Positions 50,710 to 61,589 of a stretch of DNA of 64,000 bases are shown piece by piece (position 1 is the stretch's first letter; every line of letters begins with the position of its first letter). A model generated the notes under the pieces. That model had not been told where the DNA came from. It ran no database searches and saw only the letters and a program-made list of their open reading frames with translations. The translations under genes were made by a program, and so were the position numbers. This DNA is from Felis catus (lineage: Eukaryota), in contig NC_058383.1 of the NCBI RefSeq assembly GCF_018350175.1, forward strand, positions 25,670,001 through 25,734,000. Direction: 5' to 3'.

Positions 50710-50754
50710 ATCCCAACTGCTCCGCCAAGTTACACTGGAAGACACCTCTGGTGA
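50710..50754 (+). CDS. GPRC5B: GPRC5B coding exon 4 (IPTAPPSYTGRHLW*)
   Basis: Acceptor TTTCCAG (AG 50708-50709), TGA at 50752-50754. Spliced CDS is 1006+113+45 = 1164 nt = 387 aa plus stop. Confidence 0.96.
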   Translation: MPTAPPSYTGRHLW

Positions 50755-52245
50755 AAGACTTAAGTTCCAGAGAATAAGAATCTCTCTTACCGATTTTATT
50801 CCCTGGCTGTGTCTTTCTTGAGGGAGAAATCAGTAACAGTAGCCAAACAAGGCTGCCTCACAGCCAGGAGAGCTAGAAATCCTGCACAAGGGGATTTCGT
50901 GTAAATGTGAACACTGCTGAACTGAAAAGCTAACACTGACTGCCCTCTCGCCCCCTGCCACACACACACACAAACATGTAATACCAAACCAACCTCAATC
51001 CCTGCAAACTAAAGCAAAGCTAATTGCAAATAGTATTAGGCTCACTCGAAAATGTGGCTGGGCAGACTGTTTCATCCTCTGGGGGTAGAACAGAACCAGA
51101 TTCACAGCCAGTGGGCCAGGCTGGTGTGGGTTGGTTGTGGAGGTCCCCCACACCATTGCCCTCCCCAGCGAGTAGACCCCAGGTGGCCTCTTGGAGATGA
51201 CTGTTGCGTTGAGAGGACTAATGGGGACTGTTCCATCAGCTTGCCTGTTTGCACGTTTCAGGGAGTCAGGAGCAGTTAAGGAGTTGTGGGTGTGATTCCA
51301 AGGTGAGTCCCAACCGAATCACGGGGTGAGCTTTCCAACCAGTGGTGGTGGAGGGATCCTGGCATGTGCCAATACAGAGAAGGCTATCTGGGAATTGAAG
51401 TGACCATCACATTTAGAAAGTGGTGACCCACCACCGTGCCCTCTGTGGGCCTCCTGCTCCAGGTTAACGGCCGGAAAACAAGCCCGCCTCCCTGCTTGGT
51501 GGAGTCACAGCAGTATTCCGGCTTGGGGCAGCAGTTTCTTTTCCCCCCTCCGCCCGAGCCCTTTCCCAGGCTTTTATTCCCGTGTTCATTTCAAAAACTT
51601 AGATGGACCATCAGCTTCCAGCCCCCTGGGCTGGCAGGCCAGAAGGCAGGTGCCACAGCAGATTTTCTGTGATGATGTCGCGTAGCAGGGCCTCCCCGGG
51701 GAGAGAGGACACGCTGCTGCCTAGCACGCAGCGAGTTCTCCGATCTCATACGTTGATGGAGTGCAAGTTCCAGGGGGGGTGGAGCGCTCCAGGGGCTCTT
51801 GCTGTCTTGGAGGGTATGTGGGGCATTTCTGACTTGTTTTTCTGTAAGTTCCATGAAAATGATTCTCTTCAAAGCCCATTGTTTCTGTCATGGTTTCCAT
51901 CCGTCCTAAGCAAGTCATTCCTTTGTTATTTGGCATTTCGAACATCTCGGCCATTAAAAAGCCCCATGTTCTCTGCACTGTTTGGCCAGCATAATCACTA
52001 GCAGTGATTCGAAGCAAAGAATTTTAACCTGATGGCATGAAATGTATAAGTGAGGGTGAGCCCTTTGGCATCTACGCTAATGACTCTGTTGCTTTTTCTA
52101 TGAAACAACCCATAAGCCTTTAACCTTTATAAAGAAAATGAAAAAGGTTAGCGTTTGGTGGGGGGGGGGGGGGGCGGGGAACTGACCTCTTCATAAGCCA
52201 ATATGTCTGAGCTGTTTTAATAAACCTGATTTTTCTCAAGGCCCT
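50755..52245 (+). other. GPRC5B: GPRC5B 3' UTR to the proximal poly(A) site (3' end approximate)
   Basis: Unique sequence without recognisable interspersed repeats after the stop; AATAAA at 52219-52224 followed by U-rich and GU-rich sequence. Confidence 0.75.
52219..52224 (+). terminator. GPRC5B: Proximal polyadenylation signal of GPRC5B
   Basis: AATAAA in TGTTTTAATAAACCTGATTTTT, ~1.47 kb after the stop. Confidence 0.7.
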
Positions 52246-53609
52246 AGTCTCTGCTGTGTCCCGTCCTCGTCACAGTCCCCCTCCCCCCCTGCAACCTTGC
52301 AGAGCAGCGGGGTAAACAAGGCCAATTTGGCGGTCCCTATGCGGTCAACTTCGAGTTTTCCTTCCAGCCAGCGTACTTCCTTGAGTTGCCATGCATGGGG
52401 AAGAAAAAGCATGGCAGCAGAATGCCACCTGTACCTGACCTTTGGGAAACAGCCCCACCCCGGCCCACAGCATGTGCTTGCTTCTAGAGAATCAGATTCC
52501 AGTCCTCTCTCAGAGGAGCATCATTGGTGGACTGGAAACCTGGAGTACTGGGGAGGGGAGGGAGGGAAAGAAACTAGGACCTGGGGTGGGGATGGGGGCG
52601 GTTGCATGCAGTCCCAGGATTCTGAGAATACAGAAATCTCCAAACACCTCGGTCCAGTCCAGTGAAAAACGACAGCATTACACATTCTCGTGCCAGGAAA
52701 TGGTTGCTTACCCCCGCTCTCTGGAGTCCTTTGGAGCTCTCTGATCCCATCAGTGATTCCGTCTGCAAGAGCCCCCCCTCCCTTGCAGAAGGGAGCAATT
52801 CACCTGAGCGTTTCCCCTCTCAGTTCTTGGTCCGGGCATAGAAGGTGAGCATGGTATAAATGGCTATAAAGGGAAAGTAATGTTTCACCAACATAAAAAT
52901 GGAACCAGCTTCGAGCCACAGGAAACCTCACTTGATGAGACCTTTCTCCCCCCCTTTCTTTTTAAATCTATGATATGTTATCGTGCTTCTGGGTTTTGTC
53001 TTATTTTGGCTTTAAGGTTGAGAGTGGGCTGGATGCCCTCTCAATGAGGCAGGGGGGGAGTAAGGGCAGAGAGCAGAGAATGGGTATTTTTCTAATGACT
53101 CCACCTGAAGGGTACAAAGAGACCTCTTCGCCAAGAGACTGTGGCCACTAGCTGCCCCCACGGAGCAAAGTTTAAATACGAAATCAAATAGCACCTCTGT
53201 TTAAGATCTATTTATGTAAACAACACTTGTTGAGGGAACATAACCTGGAAGGACAGCATCTGTGATCAAAATACCTAATTGTAAGCACAAATCTTTCTGT
53301 GTCCGGTTATTAAAATCACTTTGGGACTATAATAGCCACTCTCGTCCCCCCTTTTAATAGAAAATGGTCATTCTATCCTGGATTTCTCCACTGGATATGG
53401 AGGGTGGGGAGTGAGGGAATCAGCTCAGAGAACTGACAAACTGGGAAGTTCTGGGGATCCAGTGCTTTGAGTACAGATTGTGTCAGGGCCCACTGAACAA
53501 GTGTAAACTCGGGGTGATCTAGGTTGGCCAATGCTGAGTTAAACCCCAAACTGAAAGGGAGCGTTGTGGCTTTTATAATCCAACGATGCAATGATTATAC
53601 CAGCTTACA

Positions 53610-54680
53610 GGAGTTCTCAGCAGGTGCTTTTTATTAATTGATAAAGAGCTAAGGCTCATTTTTGATAGATAATATATATTTATTAAATGTATTAATGTGT
53701 GTTTTATAATGTACCTTTATCCTCCCCTGGCTGACTGTTGCATACTTATTAAAAAAAATCGTTAAAGAAATTTCAAGACAATCAATGTGTACCATAAATG
53801 ACTGTATATAAATATTACAAATTTAAAGGTTGTAAAGCATGGGCAGATAGGTTTTATTTTCAAAATGCTGTTCTTAACACAAAAATAAAGGCATTACTAT
53901 TTACTTAAAGATGTGTGGTAGCTTGTCAAAACACTCGGTAGAACTACTGGGCTTTCCTTCGGATCTGCCTGGAGGCTAACTCTGTGGCATTGTGAATGGG
54001 GGAATCCTGGATAACAGCAAACCCCAGAACAAATGAGGGTAATAAGTTAGCTTACCCATCAAATGAGGAACTTTTCTATAATATTCTGGGGACTTGACAA
54101 CAAACCTCCTTTGTTACTGTTGTCTGGGTTTAAGTGTCTCACCTTGTTGGATCTACAGTCAGAGTTAAGAGTCAGTCTCCTTTGGAAATGATCGCAGGCA
54201 GTATGTCTTTTTTATGAAATGAGTAACTTAAAACCAGATCAACTTAAAACCCACTGCAGAGGTTTGGGACTTAAATTTAAATAGTGATTTTTGCAAAGGC
54301 AGCCCAGAGTGGGAAACTGGTAACTAAAGCACGTCAACATCTCTTGGAAGCCAGAGTTCGTTGTACATTTTAGTGGTGGCTGGTGCAGAAGAATACACCT
54401 GAAACACTGAAGAAATAATATGGATACAAGAATAAAATTTGGAGATACTGCAGAAAGTTAAGATCAGTACTGTCTTAGGATAAACGATACGCACTAAAAC
54501 ATGTGTGCCACAAATGCTATCTTCTGCAGAAAAGATTCTGTATTCACATGTACCAAATGTAGTCATTAAGAAAGTTAACAGAGAGGAAGCATAATTCGTA
54601 CATTTTCCTCACAGAGGGTCACTGAAGCTCCGAAGGGAAAAGATCCCACCAGTGGCTAAATAAGGTGGTGGAGTCTTAGC
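53610..54680 (-). other. IQCK: IQCK 3' UTR (end uncertain)
   Basis: Follows the IQCK stop; minus-strand AATAAA (plus-strand TTTATT) at 53853-53858, 53679-53684 and 53630-53635. Confidence 0.55.
53884..53889 (+). terminator. GPRC5B: Candidate distal polyadenylation signal of GPRC5B
   Basis: AATAAA preceded by several TGTA elements (53689-53835) and followed by GU-rich ATGTGTGGT. Confidence 0.5.
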
Positions 54681-54715
54681 TCAGGCCTCCTCCTCTTTCT
54701 CCATTTTGCATTTCA
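54681..54715 (-). CDS. IQCK: IQCK terminal coding exon ((V)KCKMEKEEEA*)
   Basis: Minus strand reads ctttctcttcatttctttgcag|TG AAA TGC AAA ATG GAG AAA GAG GAG GAG GCC TGA. This is a strong acceptor, and VKCKME matches the recalled start of the IQCK C-terminal exon. IQCK is the known convergent neighbour of GPRC5B. No upstream IQCK exon was seen in the window. Confidence 0.85.
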
Positions 54716-54939
54716 CTGCAAAGAAATGAAGAGAAAGTCAGGATCGATTTGCATATCTAGACAGACTGGTCATTTTGAAAACAGCAAATTTTGATGTGTA
54801 GAGTCAATGACACCAAAGCCCAATGAGCACCTGCTATGGTTCTGGCGCCACGGGAAGGACGCAGGGCCATTGTGCTCCAGGGACAGAACCTGAAGTTTCA
54901 AAACCATGCAATGTTGATGGCCATTCTTTCTTCCCCCAG

Positions 54940-55378
54940 TTTTAATGAAAAAGAATTGACATGCACTACTGTATCAGTTGAAGGCATACAGCACGATGGT
55001 TTGATTTATGTAGATTGTGAAATGGTTACCACAATAGGTTCAGCTAACATTGATCTTCTATAGGTACAATAAAAAGAAAAGCAGAAAAAAAACCTCTTGT
55101 GATAGAATTCTTGGGATCTACTCAATGACACAGCAGTGTTAGCTATAGTCATCATGTGTGCGTTACATCCCTAGTTCTGATTTATCCTGTAACTGGAGGT
55201 TTGTATTGTCCCTGGTAACCACAAGTCTGATCTCTTTTCCTGTGAGTTTGGTTTGTTTTTTGTTTGTTTGGTTGTTTGGTTGGGCTTTTTTAGATTCCAC
55301 ATATAAATGAGATCATACAGTATTTGTCGTTCTCTACCTGACTTACTTCACTTAGTGTAGTACCTTCAAAGTCCATCA
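54940..55378 (-). mobile_element. Old L1 3' UTR fragment in the last IQCK intron
   Basis: TTTTAGATTCCACATATAAATGAGATCATACAGTATTTGTC...GACTTACTTCACTTAG. Confidence 0.75.
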
Positions 55379-57357
55379 CAGCCATTCTTAATTTAGTTCA
55401 GCAGAAGGTCAAAAGGGTGCTTTGCAGGTCAAGGGAACTGAAGAAAGGAAGTTTTACTGAAGATGATGACAGATTCCAGGCTCTTGACTCAGCCCAATCT
55501 GTCACCACTCACCTTGCTCCCCCCACTCGCCCAAAATTAAAAACTCAGGATTACACTGGGGTGAATACAAGGTCAGAAAAGAATCTTTTCACGGTCTGGA
55601 AAAGAATGTGATATGGGGGATTTCCTGCATTGGCCAAACAGGAAAGTTCACAGAACACAGGATGGCACTACTTGTCCCAGTAGGTACAAGCCCCTCCCCT
55701 GGAAAAATAGGGAAACTCAGTCCCCTGGGGGTTGGGGGGGTGGGGAAGGAGATGGAATCCTTTCAGAAAGACCCTCTCATTTTTAATAAGTCTTTGCTTC
55801 TAAATGTCCAAGTGCTTGTCCTGGACATTAGTGCCTGAAGGTTCTTCTGAACAAGGTCGTGGGCTCTGGTTACACATGGAGAGCAGTGTCCTAGCAGAAA
55901 GGGTGTTGGGGCTTGTTACCACGTAAGGCAGATGTTTTGATCCAGCCAGGCCCACGCATGGAGTGAGGTGTGGACACCATCACGTGCAACACAGTTACTT
56001 CCTGTTGGAAGTGGGGCGAACGCTTTCATCAGCCCAGGCTAGCCCAGCAGTCTTCAAGCTGGAGCTACACAAAGACTTTCTAAGGGTACTTGGTCATGGT
56101 TTATTCAAAGAAAGTCAACCTCTAAATCTGCAGCTTCCCACCGTGGACTTGCAGTTGTGGGATGTATACCAACCCCCTCTCCTACCTCTCCCCGTCCTGG
56201 CATTGCCTAGTGTGTACAAAATCCCCAGGTGTCAAACAAGGAGGCAATTTGTCCAACGGAGTCTCCTTTCTATGCTTAATAACTACCAAGAATTATAATG
56301 TATTTATTTGGCTTTGTGAACTACTAATGATCGTATTAATAACTCGAACCAGAAAAAGTATTTTTAATACTTGGAACCTGTGGTCACTGGAAAATTCAAA
56401 GAAATGTTTTCAGTGTGTACATCTTTTTTGTTCTATATATATGGAAGATCTACGGGTAACCACCATGAACACCCCATGTGCATCTAGACCCTACTGATGA
56501 CAATGATCCTGCATAGCCAAGGATGCTCTACACCCCTGAAGGTGCTCTCCCAGTATCCTGCTGATCCATGATGTGATCCGGATGTGAATGTTTAGCAACT
56601 GAGTGGGGATGGCAGAGTCCTGACTTGTAGTATTTGCTGATTTCCATAGTTGATTTTAAGCTACCAGCCTGACCAGGCACAGTACATGGCTGATCTGGGT
56701 CTCTACAAGTAGGTATACAGGGAAACCTCAGGAGCAAGATGGTACTCTAGGTGTGATTGGGGGGGACTAGCAACGTTTGCAACACTGGCAACCTGTTAGA
56801 AATACAAGCCGACAGCTCCACCCCAGACCTATAGAATCAGAAACAGTGGAGCCCAGCAATCTAGGTTTTTAACAAGCTTCCAGGTGATGCTGATGGATAC
56901 AAGTTAAAGTTTGAACCACTGTTGGTGGTTCTCTACCCTGACTATGTCTAAGAATCATTCCCGGGCCCCTTCAGAAGCCTGTGAGTGCCTGGGTCTCACC
57001 CCAGACATTCTGATGTAGTTGGTCTGAGGCACCAGTATTTATTCAAAGTTCCCATATGTTGCTACTGTTCGCCAGGGTTGAGAAACCCAAACTGCGGTTG
57101 GAATGCCTTTAAAAAAAGCATGACCATAAAGATCCTGACAGCAGTTTAGAAGAATCAAGAATTCCCCTCTTTGTCTCAAAATTTAAGCAGGTTAAATGAC
57201 TTCTCTAGCCTATAACTGACAGATGCTAGAGGCTACTAATAGCCACACAGAGAAGGAAGGATTGGCTTCTGTGAAGAATTCCCAGCCCTTGGATTTTCTG
57301 TAGTTTCTCAGACCTGCCTGAAGTTAGAATTCATCTGCTCACCTTTGTCCCAGTATC

Positions 57358-58007
57358 TTTTTTTTTTTTAAGTTTATTTATTTATTTTGAGAGAGAGAGA
57401 GAGAGGCAAAGGGAGAGAGAGAACCCCAAGCAGGGTCTGCACTGTAAACACAGAGCCTGATGTGGGCCTCGAACTCACAAACCGTGAGTTTAATCAAGAG
57501 TTGGAGGGGCGCCTGGGTGGCGCAGTCGGTTAAGCGTCCGACTTCAGCCAGGTCACGATCTCGCGGTCCGTAATTTCGAGCCCCGTGTCTGACTCTGTGC
57601 TGACAGCTCAGAGCCTGGAGCCTGTTTCAGATTCTGTGTCTCCCTCTCTCTCTGCCCCTCCCCTGTTCATGCTCCGTCTCTCTGTGTCTCAAAAATAAAT
57701 AAACGTTAAAAAAAAAATTAAAAAAAAATAAAATAAAAAATAAAAAAAAAGAGTTGGATACTTAACCAACTGGGACACCCAGGTGCCCCAGCAGTATCTT
57801 TTCTTCTTTTTCAAGTTTTTTTTTTTTTTTTTTTTTTTTAGAAAGAGCATGAGCAGGAGAGGGGCAGAGAGGGAAAGAGACAGGGGATTCGAAGCAGGCT
57901 CTGTGCTGATAGCAGCAAGCCTGACGCAGGGCTTGAACGCAAGAACTGGGAGATCATGACCTGGGCCGAAGGCAGACACTCAACCAAATGAGCCACCCAG
58001 CTGCCCC
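57358..58007. mobile_element. SINE cluster: plus copy 57506-57748 nested in a minus copy, followed by another minus copy
   Basis: Inner TSD AAGAGTTGGA at 57496-57505 and 57749-57758. Confidence 0.85.
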
Positions 58008-59208
58008 TACTTTTGTCCCAGTATCCTAACCAATTCCTGTCCATGCCTTGACAACCTCTCTTAGCCAGCCCACACTTTGACTTTGCCTGGGAAAAAGCCG
58101 TGTTAGCTCTTTCAGATTATTACACAAAAATCTTCAGAGTAGAGAGCAGAAAGGGATGCTAGGACCACTCCTCCAAACTGAAGAATCAAAAAAATACTTT
58201 CTAGAGTTGATGGACTGGAAACAAAGGTGGACATGGAGCCTCATGATGGAACCATCTGGGGAGCTTTGAATATTGTCAATGCCCAGCCCTGCCCTAGCCA
58301 ATCAGGTCAGAGTCTCTGGAGGTGGGGATTGTCCATTAGTGCAACCACATCAGAAAAGTGGCATTATCAAGTAAAACTGAGTATGCACGTTCCCTGCAAT
58401 GCAGGGATTCTGCTCCTAGATCCACTGCCTGGAGAAACCCTTGCACACATGTTCTGAGTGACTGAATAAAGATGTTCATGATAGCAGAAAGCTGCAAACA
58501 ACCCAAATGTCCATCAACAGCTGACTGGATAAATAAACAGTGGTCTACGTGAATGGTGAGTGTACGGCAATGAACATGAATAAACCACGGCTACACCTGT
58601 CGGCTTGGAATAGCTTATCGATGTTGAAGGAAGGGTATAAGGCACAGTGTGATACATGTAGTGTGATTCTATTTACAGCAAATCTAAATACTGAGGAGTG
58701 CCTATAAAGATGAGAAGAACTCTAAAGAAAGGCAAGGGAACAATGAGCATAAAAGTTAGGGTGAGCGGCTTCACTGGGTGGGGAGGAGCTTTAAAGGTGT
58801 TGACAGTATTCTATTTTCTTAACTGGGACGGTACTTACATGAGTGTCTGCTTCATAGGTATATATGTACTCTATAGTCACTATTGTTTGTATACCCCCCA
58901 TTGTATTGTTTGTATACCCAAAAACAAGTAAAAAGAAATAAAGATGGTAGTATATTACTTGAAATTACAAAGTCAACTCATAAAGGAACAGAAAAGAACA
59001 GCTTAACTGTTTGGGGAGGGTATAGATGGGGTGTAAGTGAGCTAACCCCCATCTGTCGTAGCAGAAAATCAGTAGATAATGTCAAAAACCATATCTATCG
59101 TATCTAAAATCATAACCGTCCAGAGAAACAGCCCAGAGTTCAAAGTTATTGCCATAGCAGAGGGTGCCACAAAGATGATGCTCATTCCGTCCTTCTGTTC
59201 ATCCTGTA

Positions 59209-59297
59209 CAGCAGTCCCCCCGCCGTGTCCTTGGGGAACACGTTCCAAGAGCTCCAGTGGATGCCCAAAGCCACGGATAAGGTGGGGGGGACTACTG
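59209..59297. mobile_element. 89-bp internally deleted MER44/Tigger7-type MITE
   Basis: TIRs CAGCAGTCCCCCC and GGGGGGACTACTG (12/13 complementary), with TA at the left end. Confidence 0.75.
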
Positions 59298-60953
59298 TTT
59301 ATCTTTTTTAACCGTGGGAACAATGTACAAGGATTACTTTGCTAAAAATTAAGAAACAGATTGAAGTCTCCCCCTTAGTGGTTTTCCTCCTCGTCTTGGC
59401 AGGACAGAGCCTTGCACAGGTGGGACCACAGGTAGGTAAAAGGAGGGAGGTAGGGAGGAGCAGCAGGGGAAAAGCAGGTAGTGATGACTAAATAAAGGAA
59501 CCTGGCTTCCATTTTAGTTTTAGAGACATCATCATGGTTGGCCTCCAACACCAACGGACAGATGCCTCCACACCCCTGCACCGTCCTTGTCCCCCTTAGC
59601 AGGCTGGTGTGCAGCCAGTTCCGGAAGGGCTAGAGAGTGGAAAATCCCAGAGAGATGCGCCAGCCCTTCAGCTTCAATTAAAGGCAATGTGACAAGAAAG
59701 GCCCTGCATACTAATGAGAGTTGCTTATGGTTTCCTCCTCTTGGTCACCATCCTTCTTTCTTGTTCCATTTAGTGACAAGGCTGAGAACTCCAGACAGTT
59801 GGGAGAAGCTGCACAAGGCTCGAGACGTAGGAAATTCAGGAGCACGGGGTAGTCGGGATGTGGCCTCAGCATAAAGGATCATCTGGGGCAGATCCCCGGG
59901 CTACTCCAGACCTTTAGAATCAGATCTCCAAGAGCCAGGCCTGGGAATCAGCATCCCCCATCTCTGTGCCTTGAGTGATCCTTTTGATGTGACAAGTTTG
60001 GGAAAGAGTACTGCATCACTCAGCCAGCACGCGGTGCCTGTCTCCTGGGGGCCCAGGTGTGAGACGGTGCTGGGAGGAGCAAACAAGACAAGGCCTGCAG
60101 AGTGCTGAGCACTGAGTCTGATCCAGAGTTAGGCACCCAGTGAGTACTACCTGTTATTATTTTCAGGGCATGCTCTTTGATCTCAAGGAGCTCACAGTCA
60201 AGAGGGGGAAACAGAAAAATAAACAGGGGCTTGTAAGAACCAAGAGATGTGCACACACTGCAGAGAGAAGTTGCTTCAATGATATGTTCATCCATCATAC
60301 AGTTATGGACTCAAAACAGTACTGCATGTTGAGTTACAAAGAGGAGGCTGGTTCACAATCTCAAGTCACCAATATACTTAAGAAACCTTAAAATTTAATT
60401 TGTTATACAATGAGCACCCAGTTTCTAGGATTCCAGGTAAATAATAAAAGCAAACACTTCTGTGGCACAGACTGGGCCCTTCACACACAGGAAGCGATGG
60501 GGAGGTGAGTGTTGTGATTTTGCCCAGTCTGACAGACAAGGAGATAGGGGTGCACACAGGTTATAGCTTGTCCGTGGTCACACCATGGCTGTCTGGCTCC
60601 TACATTCATGCTCTTAACCCCTGCAGGGTCATGGTCTCTCGTGGGAGATGAAGATTTCTGTACTCAAAGATACCACAACGAAGTATGCAGATAATGGTGT
60701 TCACTACCACATCATTTACCACAAAAACGGGTTGGGAACAATCTAAAGGCCCAACAATCGGGGAATGATTCAGTATCTGATTTCTTTTTAAGTTTTATTT
60801 ATTTATTTTTACAGACAGAGAGAGCAGGGTAGGGGCAGAGAGAGAGAGGGAGAGAGAGAGAATCCTAAGCAGGCTCCCTACTGTCAGTGCAGATGCAAGG
60901 CTCGATCGTACCATGAGATCATGACCTGAGCTGAAATCAAGAGGTGTGTGCTC

Positions 60954-61589
60954 TGGGAATGCAAGCTGGTGCAGCCACTCTGGAAAACAGTATGGAGGTT
61001 CCTCAAAAAACTAAAAATAGAACTACCCTACAACCCAGCAATTGCACTAGTAGGCATTTATCCATGGGATACAGGTGTGCTGTTTCCAAGGGACACATGC
61101 ACCCCCATGTTTATAGCAGCACTATCAACAATGGCCAAAGTATGGAAAGAGCCCAAATGTCCACTGATGGATGAATGATAAAGAAGATGTGGTATATATA
61201 TACAACGGAGTATTACTCGGCAATCAAAAAGAATGAAATCTTGCCATTTGCAACTACGTGGATGGAACTGGAGGGAATTATGCTAAGTGAAATTAGTCAG
61301 AGAAAGACAAAAATCATATGATTTCACTCATATGAGGACCTTACGAGACAAAACAGATGAACATAAGGGAAGGGAAACAAAAATAATATAAAAACAGGGA
61401 GGGGGACAAAACAGAAGAGACTCATAAATATGGAGAACAAACTGAGGGTTATGGGAGGGGGTGTGGGCTAAGTGGGTAAGGGTCACTAAGGAATCTACTC
61501 CTGAAATCACTGTTGCACTATATGCTAACTAATTTGGATGTAAATTTTAAAAAATAAAAAACAATTAAAAATAAATAAAAAATAAAAAA
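60954..61589 (+). mobile_element. Relatively young 5'-truncated felid-type L1 inserted into a SINE
   Basis: Encodes the ORF2 C-terminus WECKLVQPLWKTVWRFLKKLKIELPYNPAIAL...CTPMFIAALSTMAKVWKEPKCP, followed by 3' UTR and an A-rich tail. Confidence 0.92.

Noticed and set aside
50219..50821. 200-aa ORF spanning intron 3 and exon 4
   Set aside because: Out of frame with exon 4, no recognisable domain; probably chance.
51217..51980. Single miRNA seed or QKI matches in the 3' UTR (ACTAAT 51217, CAGTATT 51511, TGCACTG 51974)
   Set aside because: 6-7-mers are expected by chance in 1.5 kb; not supportable without conservation data.
60948..61178. L1 ORF2 peptide as an active gene
   Set aside because: 5'-truncated fragment with a premature stop.
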